Source: Bacteroidales bacterium
GTDB lineage: Bacteria; Bacteroidota; Bacteroidia; Bacteroidales; UBA10428
Assembly: GCA_016931575.1 (NCBI GenBank)
Contig: JAFGEO010000146.1
Coordinates: 55,728 to 119,727 of the forward strand
Length of the DNA stretch: 64,000 nt
Reading direction: 5' to 3'
Positions 31,601 through 40,870 of this stretch are shown piece by piece; within the stretch, counting starts at the first letter, position 1; each line of letters starts with the position of its first letter. The notes under the pieces were generated by a model. That model was not told the origin of the DNA. It saw nothing but the letters and a program-made list of their open reading frames with translations, and did not search any database. Made by a program: the position numbers and the translations under genes.

Positions 31601-31983
31601 GATCCATTGCTTGTTTTCGGAGCATAAATGTAAATGGTCTTATCATTAATCTCGTAGCTAAGATTTTTACCTTCCAGGGCTATATCCAGGATCTTATCTA
31701 CCGTCTCGCCATGGGCATCAATACTGATAGGCTGATTGTCATTTATTTCATTATTGTTATACCAGAATGAAAATTCACTCTGCTTCCCAATTTCTGTTAA
31801 TAACTCCTTCAGAGTAGCATCTTCCATTTTCAGGTTCAGCTTTGTAGCCTGAGAATAGCTAACAGCCGCAGTAATATTAATGGTTAGCAGCACACTAAAT
31901 AGAAACGAAAGTTTCATAACCTTTAGCAGTTTGGAATGAACAGGAAAGAGCATACTAAGCCCTTCCATAGATTTTTTTTTCAT
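28630..31983 (-). CDS. susC: SusC/RagA TonB-dependent transporter with N-terminal STN signalling domain
   Basis: STN extension; EEVVVIGYG, PLIVIDG, DIESINILKDAAAASIYGARGANGVILV; C-terminal F. Confidence 0.96.
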   Translation of the reverse strand: MKKKSMEGLSMLFPVHSKLLKVMKLSFLFSVLLTINITAAVSYSQATKLNLKMEDATLKELLTEIGKQSEFSFWYNNNEINDNQPISIDAHGETVDKILDIALEGKNLSYEINDKTIYIYAPKTSNGSANTSQQQHPVSGTVKDAETGETIIGANVMIKGTSLGTITDINGNFNLNVPDGEAAILVSYIGYIQEEVSITGLTSIEILLVPDIESLEEVVVIGYGTMDKTNVTGAISSLKTDELNKAPVPNMIEAMRGQVPGLRMTRSSGAPGSGVEFLIRGKNSLNSSNEPLIVIDGVPSTGGNLAELSNSDIESINILKDAAAASIYGARGANGVILVNTKSGNKGKPMLDVSISKGYTNLIHELNLMDADQYVQLKMDAAAGMGLNNNLEAVLTDAIEYANYTNPDGVQQIDWHDVILRTGQVTNAGVSLSGGTDKISFYLNGDAYLEDGIVQYSSYDRYSFRLNADYQPYKFIKIGARAQMSRSIADETGNRAVESPQGDPDFTDFLHNTPLGRLYNENNELVPTVRGDQFDYNPLYKYRESETDRITSRVLFNPYIEITPFEGFTYRLNASAEERHERYYRFTSSIYNSSTLSDEPGNNSMIMWHSQPITYLLDNILSYIKDFKKHKLDLTLVYGIQAYETDRMEVSGAATATDLLSYNSINTSELDYRRIIYTTDEWRNIYYVGRLGYSYDRRYVFTGTVRYDGSSVFGPEYRWGMFPSVSFAWNVNNESFMQNVDFINSLKYRVSWGRMGNDRIATYGYIATTDNVSYPFSEEVYSGLTSGNLPSEYLHWETSQQFNTGIDFAILNYRLTGSVDVYKTNTIGLILDRLIPPVTGFSDMVSNIGETENKGIEINLNYLVINSVFKWEISANWARDRNKIIRLNDAVDADGNLVDDVANGWFIGQDIDEIYNLDYVGVYQIGEEELAATMHPDKAYYSAGFPKIRDVDGDGLITMDDRTFLGNPTPDWYGGLRNTFSYKGIDLTILFEAVQGVTKINTFYGNLDGRSNSVVVDYWTPDNPTNVFPQPRAGRGYDYPDAVRVRDASYIALRNVSLSYAIPGKLADRAKISAMQLYLRGNNLRYFTDYMDAYSPEMGSGPYPITRNWTIGTHITF

Positions 31984-31996
31984 ACTTTTGATATGT

Positions 31997-32081
31997 TTAG
32001 GTACTTAAAGAAAATGAGTTAGGTAACTTAAACGAATTCGAAATCGGGAGGTGTTGCCGCACTTTCCGATTTCATTTTTTT
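31997..32081 (+). ncRNA. Putative cis-antisense sRNA (DonS-like) opposite the susC leader; ends approximate
   Basis: TACTTTTG (-7 box) on the + strand at 31983-31990 overlapping the susC start codon; hairpin 32040-32073 that pairs fully (with G:U) only on the + strand and is followed by T7. Confidence 0.6.
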
Positions 32082-32131
32082 CAGGAGGTATTTACATTTT
32101 TCATAGCAGTTAATAAGTATTAGGTTAGGGG

Positions 32132-33124
32132 TTATTTGCTTTGTATTACTATCGTATCGTTTTCCAGCCTGTAGTCAAATTGGTTGTACCGTTTCATGAT
32201 ATCCAGTGCCTGAAAAATGCTTTTGTTCTTATCGATCAGCCCGGAGAAGACTTTATCATTCAATTCATCCGACAGCACCACGATTTCAATATTGAAGTTT
32301 CTTTCCAGCTGCTTAATGATCGATCTGAACTGCTCCTTCTCAAACAGGTATTTTCCATCCATCCAGATGGTGGCCAGGTCGGAATCGATGGGTAATTTTA
32401 CCAGCTTTCCTGAAGTCTTATCATACTTTGCCTGCTGATCGGGCCGGAGATAGAATGGATCCCGGTAATTTTTATCATTAGCATGATAAATGCCTATTGA
32501 ACCTTCAAGAAGGGTCGTTTTTATTTCATTGTTATCGGGATAGTTTCTGACATTAAACCGGGTACCAAAAACCCTGATGTTTATAGCACCGCTCTGTACA
32601 ATAAACGGATGATCCGAATCATGTGCCACTTCAAAATAACCTTCTCCCTCAAGCCTAACCTGCCGGTACTTTCCTTTAAACTCATCGGGGTATGAAAGGG
32701 ATGAACCTGAATTCAGAAATGCAAGGGTACCATCGGGCAACACGATTTTTGATTTGTTCCCAAATGAGCAAAAAACCTCAACCCTATTCCCGGAATCCAG
32801 CCTGACTACTTTATTCATAAACAAAAAGATTCCCGATGCGATAAAAAGCAGGATAGAAGCAGCGGCAGCAAATTTCCATACCCTCAATTTACGATTGTAG
32901 CGGCTTGTTATGATTGCACCCTGAACCCTTGAGCTCACCCGGTCCCTGAGCACTTCCGGAAACTCCTTCTTTGTCATTCCTACACTTTTCAGCGTTTCGA
33001 ATGTTTTCCGGTTCGCTTCAGATTCTTCAATCCATGAGTTAACGATTTCTTTTTCCTGCTCGCTGGCAGAATCATCCAAAAGCTTTGCGATTAAATTCCA
33101 AATTGTTGTGTCCTTGTCTTGCAT
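32132..33124 (-). CDS. fecR: FecR-family anti-sigma factor
   Basis: One TM; LPDGTLAFLNSGSSLSYP, LEGEGYFEV, VFGTRFNV; normal FecR C-terminal domain. Confidence 0.93.
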   Translation of the reverse strand: MQDKDTTIWNLIAKLLDDSASEQEKEIVNSWIEESEANRKTFETLKSVGMTKKEFPEVLRDRVSSRVQGAIITSRYNRKLRVWKFAAAASILLFIASGIFLFMNKVVRLDSGNRVEVFCSFGNKSKIVLPDGTLAFLNSGSSLSYPDEFKGKYRQVRLEGEGYFEVAHDSDHPFIVQSGAINIRVFGTRFNVRNYPDNNEIKTTLLEGSIGIYHANDKNYRDPFYLRPDQQAKYDKTSGKLVKLPIDSDLATIWMDGKYLFEKEQFRSIIKQLERNFNIEIVVLSDELNDKVFSGLIDKNKSIFQALDIMKRYNQFDYRLENDTIVIQSK

Positions 33125-33223
33125 GGGGTGAACGTTGTATGGTTATAGACGGAAAATATTGCTGGTATATCTATAAGGATAAGAAAAAAAATGCTCCGGC
33201 GTTATGTTTTATTTATCAGCAGG

Positions 33224-33784
33224 TTACTGGGAAGAGGCAAAGTAGACTTTTATAGCCTCAGCCATTCTTTTCAGGGCAGTAACCATTTGGGCATTTACCG
33301 TTTTAACAGAAATAGAGAGGGCAGATGCGATCTCTGAATAGCTTAGTCCCTCTTCACGGGCCAGTAAAAATACAGCCTGACACCGGGGAGGCAATGCGCT
33401 AACTGCATCCTTGATAACTAAACCAAGTTCTTCGGCAAGAAGCTGGTTCTCGGGATTATCGTCCTCGTAATGAATTTCAAATGGTAGCTGGGATATAAAA
33501 TCCGGAAGGCGCGATATTTTGTCAAGATAATCAAATGCTTTATTTTTGGTGATGGTAAAAATGTAGCCATCCAGGCTATTCACCTGGGTAAGTTTTTTGC
33601 GATTGTTCCAGATCTTTAAAAATACATCCGACGCAATTTCCTCGACAGATTCATTTGATTTAACAAAATAACGGGAGTACTGAAGAACTTTAGGATAATA
33701 CATATTAAACAAGCTGCTAAAGGCTTCTGCATCATCCCTGGCTATTCTTAGAAGTAATTCGTGAACTAGCTGCTCGTTCGCCAT
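33224..33784 (-). CDS. ECF RNA polymerase sigma-70 factor (Bacteroidota FecI-like)
   Basis: DVFLKIWNNR (region 2) and LPPRCQAVFLLAREEGLSYSEIA (region 4); start could be up to 21 nt further upstream. Confidence 0.93.
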   Translation of the reverse strand: MANEQLVHELLLRIARDDAEAFSSLFNMYYPKVLQYSRYFVKSNESVEEIASDVFLKIWNNRKKLTQVNSLDGYIFTITKNKAFDYLDKISRLPDFISQLPFEIHYEDDNPENQLLAEELGLVIKDAVSALPPRCQAVFLLAREEGLSYSEIASALSISVKTVNAQMVTALKRMAEAIKVYFASSQ

Positions 33785-34138
33785 GTTTTTAAGCATTCTG
33801 AACAAACATAGTAAAACTTATTTTATCCTGTATCGGAACAGTCATCCTGAACGGATCAGTGTGCGCACCTCCATCAGCTGCCCCACCCGCTGCAGCCTGA
33901 GCTTTTTTCACGTCCTGCCGAAAAACATACTCCCAGCATCAGGCACGCTCCACTTTTCAGGTAGTTGATTTGTTAACAATCACTGACAGGACGATAAAAC
34001 TCCCATATCTCTTTTTACTTTTGTAAAGCTCCCGGTCAAAAGGAGTCATTGGTTTGAACAGCCGGAATCTGATCAGACAGGTTAAGAGCATGTTCATTAA
34101 ACTTTAATACTACATAACAAAACAAGCCAATCAGTACC

Positions 34139-36445
34139 ATGAAAAGAATCTACCTGATTTTGATAATTACCGCCCTGGCTATATCAAGCTGCTCAACCCA
34201 TTTTACCAGGGAGGATAAAGGCGACTATATTCTTGTTCGTCAGGAAGGAGGCAGCACCCTGGGATATGCAAAAGCCTCCGGAGAAATGATCATCGGCCAG
34301 GATGGAAAAGCCTTTAAGGACCTGAACCGGAATGGAAAGCTCGACCCCTATGAAGACTGGCGACTGCCGGCCGACAAACGGGCAAGGGACCTCGCTTCAA
34401 AAATGAGCATCGAACAGATCGCCGGTTTGATGCTGTACAGCAGTCACCAGGCAATTCCTTCCGAGAATGAAGGCTGGGTTACCGGGCATTACGGAGGAAT
34501 GTTGTTCAATGAAAGCGGGGCATCCCCGAGCGACCTGACCGATGAGCAACAGAAATTTCTTTCTGAGGATAACCTGCGACACGTGCTGATCATCCAGGTG
34601 GAGAGTCCCGCTGTTGCGGCTCAGTGGAACAACAACATACAGGCATCTGCCGAAAAAACAGGGCTGGGGATCCCGGTTAATATCAGCTCTGATCCACGTC
34701 ACGAAACCAGGGCCCTCACAGAGTACAATGCCGGTGCCGGCGGAGATATTTCACTGTGGCCTACCACCCTGGGCCTGGCAGCCACTTTTGACCCTGCTAT
34801 TATGAAGCAGTTTGGAGAAATCGCCTCACAGGAATACCGCGGACTGGGCATTACCACTGCCCTGTCGCCACAGATCGACCTGGCAACGGAGCCCCGCTGG
34901 AGCCGCTTCGACGGGACCCTGGGCGAGGATCCTGATCTGACGACCGACATGGCCAGGGCTTACGTGGATGGCTTTCAGACATCGTATGGAGACAAAGAGA
35001 TTGCTGATGGCTGGGGATACAGCAGTGTCAACGCCATGGTAAAACACTGGCCGGGAGGCGGCCCCGAAGAAGGGGGACGCGATGCCCATTTTGGCTATGG
35101 CGCCTATGCCGTTTACCCGGGTGAAAACCTGGAGGACCACCTGCAAGCCTTTACCGAAGGGGCGTTTAAGCTGGAAGGAAAAACCAGTATGGCCTCTGCG
35201 GTAATGCCCTACTATACCATTTCCTACAACATTGATCCCAATGGAGAAAATGTAGGCAACTCATTTAACCGCTACATCATTACTGATCTGCTACGCGAGA
35301 AATATGGCTTTGACGGTGTGGTCTGTACTGACTGGGGCATCACCCATGATGTTATATCGGTGGGCGAATTTTCAGGGAAATGCTGGGGAGTTGAATTGCT
35401 CACCGAGGTTGAGCGCCACTATAAAGCCCTGGAAGCCGGCGTCGACCAGTTCGGGGGAAATAATGAGATGCAGCCGGTAATCGATGCTTATAACATGGGG
35501 ATTGCCACGCATGGAGAAGCATACATGAGGCAACGCTTTGAAGCCTCTGCTGTGAGGTTGTTGCGAAATATGTTCCGGGTAGGACTGTTTGAGAATCCCT
35601 ACCTGGATATCGAACATACCAAAGCGACCGTCGGGAAACCGGAATTTATGGAAGCAGGCTACCAGGCACAACTGAAATCGATCGTCATGCTGAAGAACAG
35701 GGACCAGGTATTGCCGGTTCAGAAAAAGCTGAAAGTCTACATCCCCAAACGGCATACCGCTGCCGGGAAAGACTGGATAGGCTGGCCGGTTGAGGAGAGC
35801 TGGGACGATTGCTTCAGGCTGGATATTGCCGGAAGGTATTTTGAAGTGGTTACAGATCCGAAAGAAGCTGATTTTGCCATGGTGAGCATCAGGAATCCGC
35901 GTGGCGGACAAGGATATGACGAAGCAGACCTGAAATCAGGAGGCAATGGCTACCTACCCATCAGTCTTCAGTACCGGGAGTATACGGCCGGGTATGCCCG
36001 GGAGCAAAGTATTGCCGGGGGCAGTCCCTATGAGAATTCCACGAACAGGAGCTATAAAAACAAATCGGTAAAATCTGCCAACAAATCCGATATGGAGCTG
36101 GTGGCGGACACACGCAAAAAGATGGGGGATAAACCCGTAATCGTAGTAGTAAACGTAAGCAAACCGATGATATTTAGCGAGATAGAACCCTATGCATCGG
36201 CCATCCTGGTACATATGGGGGTGCAGGACCAGGCCATCCTGGATATGGTGAGCGGCGCTGTTGAGCCCTCGGCCCTCCTGCCCTTTCAGATGCCGGCCAA
36301 CATGAAAACCGTTGAGCTGCAGCTGGAAGATGTTCCCCGGGATATGGAGCCTTATAGGGATTCGGAAGGTAACCGGTACGACTTTGCTTTTGGGATGAAC
36401 TGGAGCGGGGTGATCCGGGATGAGCGGGTGGAAAAATATAAATAA
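34139..36445 (+). CDS. Glycoside hydrolase family 3 lipoprotein (beta-glucosidase/xylosidase-like)
   Basis: SSDPRH, PQIDLATEPRWSR, KHWPG, MPYY and VCTDW nucleophile motif; lipobox ISSC. Confidence 0.93.
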   Translation: MKRIYLILIITALAISSCSTHFTREDKGDYILVRQEGGSTLGYAKASGEMIIGQDGKAFKDLNRNGKLDPYEDWRLPADKRARDLASKMSIEQIAGLMLYSSHQAIPSENEGWVTGHYGGMLFNESGASPSDLTDEQQKFLSEDNLRHVLIIQVESPAVAAQWNNNIQASAEKTGLGIPVNISSDPRHETRALTEYNAGAGGDISLWPTTLGLAATFDPAIMKQFGEIASQEYRGLGITTALSPQIDLATEPRWSRFDGTLGEDPDLTTDMARAYVDGFQTSYGDKEIADGWGYSSVNAMVKHWPGGGPEEGGRDAHFGYGAYAVYPGENLEDHLQAFTEGAFKLEGKTSMASAVMPYYTISYNIDPNGENVGNSFNRYIITDLLREKYGFDGVVCTDWGITHDVISVGEFSGKCWGVELLTEVERHYKALEAGVDQFGGNNEMQPVIDAYNMGIATHGEAYMRQRFEASAVRLLRNMFRVGLFENPYLDIEHTKATVGKPEFMEAGYQAQLKSIVMLKNRDQVLPVQKKLKVYIPKRHTAAGKDWIGWPVEESWDDCFRLDIAGRYFEVVTDPKEADFAMVSIRNPRGGQGYDEADLKSGGNGYLPISLQYREYTAGYAREQSIAGGSPYENSTNRSYKNKSVKSANKSDMELVADTRKKMGDKPVIVVVNVSKPMIFSEIEPYASAILVHMGVQDQAILDMVSGAVEPSALLPFQMPANMKTVELQLEDVPRDMEPYRDSEGNRYDFAFGMNWSGVIRDERVEKYK

Positions 36446-36504
36446 TCTATAGCCAACAATAATTAGGGAGACTAAACCGGATAACTAAAAGAAATGGGCG
36501 TCAT

Positions 36505-36534
36505 CGGGGGTGCGACTCCAAGTCGTACTCCCGA
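36505..36534. repeat. REP-like/terminator hairpin between convergent genes
   Basis: CGGGGGTGCGACT-CCA-AGTCGTACTCCCG inverted repeat. Confidence 0.5.
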
Positions 36535-36585
36535 TAACTCCGCCTCCGCCGCATTGTCATTCATTCTGTTTTAACCCCAGCCCTG

Positions 36586-37920
36586 TCAATTTCCTTCCCC
36601 CTCAAAGAACAATTCTTCTTCAATCTCCCTGATTCGCTTTTCGGCAACATCATAATACGAGAGCACAATACCTTCCGGTGTGGGATCTTTTGGCAAGGGT
36701 TTTCTGTTCTTCGGACGGGTAGCCATAAAAATTCTGTAGTACTCCAGCGCCTTCTTTTTATCCTTTATCCAGTTATCATAATGGCTGGCGATTCGATATT
36801 TCAACAGCGTATCGTTCGGCGTCAGTTCCCTGGCCTTAAAATAGGCCGCCAATGCTGCATCGTATTTGTAATACCCTGTATTTGCGGCGGCCAGATCCTG
36901 GTATACCCGCGATAAAAATTCCGGAGGCGGGGTACTTAATTCGATGGTTTTGTTCAGGTAACCGATGCCCAGTTTCTTATACACCGAATAATCGCACGAT
37001 AAGCCCAGGGCGTAGCATAGCTGGATGTTGGTGGTATCCTTCAGAAATGCCTTTTCCAGGTAATCTTTTGCCTTTTCGTACTCTTCCGCCCGGTAATAGC
37101 TGTATCCCAGATACTTAACCGTAAAGTCGGAAGTGTCTTTGAGGGAAATGCATTTTTCAAAGGATGATACCGCCCGGGGATAGGTGGCATGTAAAAAATT
37201 CAAGTAGCCGTTTAGCTGAAGCATCCGCAGGTTGGTTGAATCATGCTTTAAATACGATTCAGTGACCAGGAGGGCTCCGGCGTAATCCTCCTTAAGCTGC
37301 AGCAAACCTGCCAGATTAAAACTGGTCAGCAATTCTACCGGATTCAGGGCAATCGCTTTCCGATAATAGTATATCGCAGGATCATCCTGATGGAGGTTAT
37401 CATAGGAAAGTGCCAGTTGCTTTGAAAGGTAGTAGGTGGAATCGCCTGCATACAATCCGGAATATATTTCTATAGCACGGACGAAATCATCATCAAAATA
37501 GTATGCATCAGCAAGTTGCTGATACAAATACCTATTCTCAGGCTTAATCCTTATTGCCTTCTGAAAAAATTGTTGCGCCTGCTTATAGTCTCCGAGAGAC
37601 TGATAACAATTTGCCAGTTCTATGATTATTCTCAGATCAGTCGAGTCGGACTTATAGACCTGATCAACTACCTGAATAGCTTCCTGATACCGGTTTAATC
37701 CCTTTAAGGCGGCAGCTTTTACCCTAAGCAGGGATAGATCAACACCCGGTTTTTCTATCCTGTCAATCTGTTCGAGCACCTCCTGGTACTCATATTTTTG
37801 CATCAGAACAGTGATTGCCTCATGCTCCTGGGCCTGTGAATGAACATGGCCCATAAACAAGCCTATGACCAGTATCAAAGGCTTAATTCCAGCAGCCGGT
37901 ATAGTGTTTCTTCTTTTCAT
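36586..37920 (-). CDS. Exported tetratricopeptide-repeat protein
   Basis: Repeated LA..Y...G.Y..A...Y.KA helices; signal peptide. Confidence 0.85.
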   Translation of the reverse strand: MKRRNTIPAAGIKPLILVIGLFMGHVHSQAQEHEAITVLMQKYEYQEVLEQIDRIEKPGVDLSLLRVKAAALKGLNRYQEAIQVVDQVYKSDSTDLRIIIELANCYQSLGDYKQAQQFFQKAIRIKPENRYLYQQLADAYYFDDDFVRAIEIYSGLYAGDSTYYLSKQLALSYDNLHQDDPAIYYYRKAIALNPVELLTSFNLAGLLQLKEDYAGALLVTESYLKHDSTNLRMLQLNGYLNFLHATYPRAVSSFEKCISLKDTSDFTVKYLGYSYYRAEEYEKAKDYLEKAFLKDTTNIQLCYALGLSCDYSVYKKLGIGYLNKTIELSTPPPEFLSRVYQDLAAANTGYYKYDAALAAYFKARELTPNDTLLKYRIASHYDNWIKDKKKALEYYRIFMATRPKNRKPLPKDPTPEGIVLSYYDVAEKRIREIEEELFFEGEGN

Positions 37921-38020
37921 CAACTAAATCTTTAGTTCAAAATTACAACTAATTATTTAGTTGAACAAGTAATTTACTTGAAATGCATGGTGCGAATCAG
38001 GTATGTTTTGATGAACCCGC

Positions 38021-38776
38021 CTAGGTAATTCTCCGGATATTTCGCTTAAACATCTGAAAGGCCAGGAAATTCAGCGAAGTCCCTATCAGCAGTAAAGCAA
38101 GAACCCGTAACAAGAAATCGGTATCCGTTATTGGAAGGAGCCGCAGAAAGATATCATAGAATCCCTGGATCCCCCAATAGTTCACAGAGATTACTGCAAC
38201 ATCCTGTAAAATTTTTGGCATGAGGAAAATGGGGATCATGCTCCCCCCGATGGCACTCATCACGAGCACAACGATGGTGGAAAGGCCCTGTACCTGCTGG
38301 CGTGTCCTGGCAAAAGAAGCCAGCACAATTCCAAAACTGGAGCAGGCCCAGGCGGTCGACAAAATCATCAGCAGGAGCGGTGCCAGGTGATGCAGGATGT
38401 CCAGTCCAAAAGCCAGCCAGGCAAAGATAAACATGATGATCAGCTGAATGAGGGATATAATATTCGCAAAGATAATTTTCCCAAATAGGATCTCATTGGG
38501 ATGTATGGGTGAGCAAAGTAATTTCTTTAACATCCCATCCTGCTTTTCATCGATAAGGCTACCGCCGATCCCTGCAACAGAAAATAGTAGCATCATCACC
38601 GAGGTTCCCGCTACCACATGGACGATCGCACCTGAATTACCCTTTCCTGGCTGGCCAAGTTTCCCGAAAACAAAAGAAAACAGGGTGATAAAAATAATCG
38701 GCAACACCAAAGTCAGCAACATGTCCTGCTTGTTCCCGAAAAATAATTTCAGGTCTTTCTTTACCAGTTCTATCAT
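38021..38776 (-). CDS. ABC-2 exporter permease (short form, no large extracytoplasmic loop)
   Basis: DEKQDGMLKKLLCSP and SAIGGSMIP motifs; about 6 TM helices. Confidence 0.85.
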   Translation of the reverse strand: MIELVKKDLKLFFGNKQDMLLTLVLPIIFITLFSFVFGKLGQPGKGNSGAIVHVVAGTSVMMLLFSVAGIGGSLIDEKQDGMLKKLLCSPIHPNEILFGKIIFANIISLIQLIIMFIFAWLAFGLDILHHLAPLLLMILSTAWACSSFGIVLASFARTRQQVQGLSTIVVLVMSAIGGSMIPIFLMPKILQDVAVISVNYWGIQGFYDIFLRLLPITDTDFLLRVLALLLIGTSLNFLAFQMFKRNIRRIT

Positions 38777-39699
38777 TAGTCCCGAAGCGTTTTACCGGTT
38801 AAACTTAAAAATATGGTTTCAAGGTTTATCTTTTGGATATCGATGTGCCGGAAATCCAGTCCGCACTCATTACACGTAAGGATTATTTTCGCCAATTCCC
38901 CCTGAACATTCATCGAATAGAAATGTATGGTATCATCAAAACGCTGCAGGTCTTTCCATTTCTTTGCCAGAGTGTTATAAGCTTCATCTGTCAGATTGGT
39001 AAAAGAAATCACAACGGATTCTTTCATTGATTTCGAAGCCTTCAGTTCACTCAGAGTCCCCTGGGCTACTATTTCTCCGTCATCCAGAATTCCGATACGA
39101 TCGCACAAACGCTCAGCCTCCTCCATGTAGTGGGTGGTATAAATGATTGTCATTCCCTCCTTATGCAGTTTCTCCACCACTTCAAATATCAAATTCCGGC
39201 TCTGCGGATCAATTCCTACTGTGGGTTCATCCATAAACAGGATCCCGGGCCTGTGAAGCAAGGCTGAGGCAATGTTGATCCTTCGTTTCATTCCCCCCGA
39301 ATAGGTCTTTACCTTATCATGCTGCCTGTCAGTTAATCCGAGCATATCCACTGTTTCTTCCAGGCGCCCTGCCAGTTCCTTTTTCGGAACATGGTACATG
39401 CTTCCCCAAAACAGCAGGTTGTCGTAAGCTGAAAGCTCATTATAAAGCGCGATTTCCTGCGTCACCACACCAATGTTCTTTTTGCATTTGAGCGGATCCT
39501 TCCCCAGGTCATTCCCGGCGATACTTACTTCGCCTTCACTTGCCTTCAGGATGGTGCTCAGGATAGAAATCGTGGTGGTTTTACCGGCACCGTTCGGACC
39601 CAGCAATCCATAACATTCTCCCTGCGAAATACTAAATGAGATACCTTTCAGTGCCTCGACTGTATTGAAAGACATCTTCAGGTTTGAGACATGAATCAT
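38776..39699 (-). CDS. ABC exporter ATP-binding protein
   Basis: GPNGAGKT, YSGGMKRR, MDEPTVGIDPQSR, TTHYMEEAE. Confidence 0.95.
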   Translation of the reverse strand: MIHVSNLKMSFNTVEALKGISFSISQGECYGLLGPNGAGKTTTISILSTILKASEGEVSIAGNDLGKDPLKCKKNIGVVTQEIALYNELSAYDNLLFWGSMYHVPKKELAGRLEETVDMLGLTDRQHDKVKTYSGGMKRRINIASALLHRPGILFMDEPTVGIDPQSRNLIFEVVEKLHKEGMTIIYTTHYMEEAERLCDRIGILDDGEIVAQGTLSELKASKSMKESVVISFTNLTDEAYNTLAKKWKDLQRFDDTIHFYSMNVQGELAKIILTCNECGLDFRHIDIQKINLETIFLSLTGKTLRD

Positions 39700-39828
39700 T
39701 TACCTTGAATTTTTGATAATGGTATAAAGTTTGGGCTATAAATGTAATACTTTCTCCGATGATACAAAGGACTTCCTCGTGATCCGCCAACCAGGCCCCG
39801 TATTTTTCTTCTGACAAATTACCGGAGG

Positions 39829-40770
39829 CTACCGGCCTGCTTCGATGGGCAACATGTACCCAACCGATATCCCATAGTACATCGATACCGGATAGGCAAT
39901 GCTGACATCCTGTGTTGTTGGAATATTCAGGGTACAACTGAGCTCAATATCAAAGTCGCCGAGTGAAATGGCCAGCGGAACATTCACCTGGGTGTTCAGG
40001 AGCCCGAAAACCTCTTTTGTACCCGTGTAAGATCCTGAAGCCATGCTGCCTGTCTGGCCGGTAGTTACTGTTTCCGTCCCCAGAAAGAGGGATAGTTCCG
40101 GCGATGTGTATACTTTATTGTTCCTCTTCAGCTTAACCAGGGTAAAGCGCGAATACACCGCCATTGATAGATTTGATGCCAGTCCTTCCCCGAATAAAAA
40201 GCTTCCTGACAGCCTCGATCCAAACCATTTTTTACGGTAGCTCAGTCCCAGGCTGAGACTGTTTTTATCGGGGTAGAGTTCAGCTAACAGGGGATCAGCA
40301 TAAATAAACCTGCTGTACGAACCACGCAGGTTAAACTCCTTTTTTTTACCGATTGCCTTACCGTACCCCACCGACAGGGTCGTGTTATTGTATCCGGGAG
40401 AAAGCTGGCTGAACCACCTGCCTGATAGGCCTATAAATAATCCGGATGAGGTATAGTAATAGATATGCCCGGAGATGTTGATCATATCTTCCCCGATCTC
40501 CCGTCCGGCATACATCGTTTTGCTGTTAACAGCAGTACCTGCATAGAAAAAATGATACTTTGCAGGTTCACCCGGAATGATCAGGGGATCGCTATCGTTG
40601 TACACCAGGTCATTGAGCAGCGAATCAAGGTGGTCGGCCTGGGAAAAACCCAAAAGTCCTGTGAAGAGGAAAATGGTACTCAGAAAATATGTTGGCCACC
40701 CACTTAGCCTGAAAAGCTTCCGGATGCCGGCAGCTTTTTTCGATCGAAAAATCTTAAATACCTGGTACAT
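39829..40770 (-). CDS. Probable outer-membrane beta-barrel protein of unknown function
   Basis: Signal peptide; alternating strands; C-terminal YYGISVGYML. Confidence 0.65.
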   Translation of the reverse strand: MYQVFKIFRSKKAAGIRKLFRLSGWPTYFLSTIFLFTGLLGFSQADHLDSLLNDLVYNDSDPLIIPGEPAKYHFFYAGTAVNSKTMYAGREIGEDMINISGHIYYYTSSGLFIGLSGRWFSQLSPGYNNTTLSVGYGKAIGKKKEFNLRGSYSRFIYADPLLAELYPDKNSLSLGLSYRKKWFGSRLSGSFLFGEGLASNLSMAVYSRFTLVKLKRNNKVYTSPELSLFLGTETVTTGQTGSMASGSYTGTKEVFGLLNTQVNVPLAISLGDFDIELSCTLNIPTTQDVSIAYPVSMYYGISVGYMLPIEAGR

Positions 40771-40870
40771 GATCGTTTTCAGTTTTGCTTCTTACTAATT
40801 TTAAATACGAATAGCCCGGGCATTCTAAGAACACCCGGACCATACTGTTGTCTATGTTTCTAAGCCGGCA

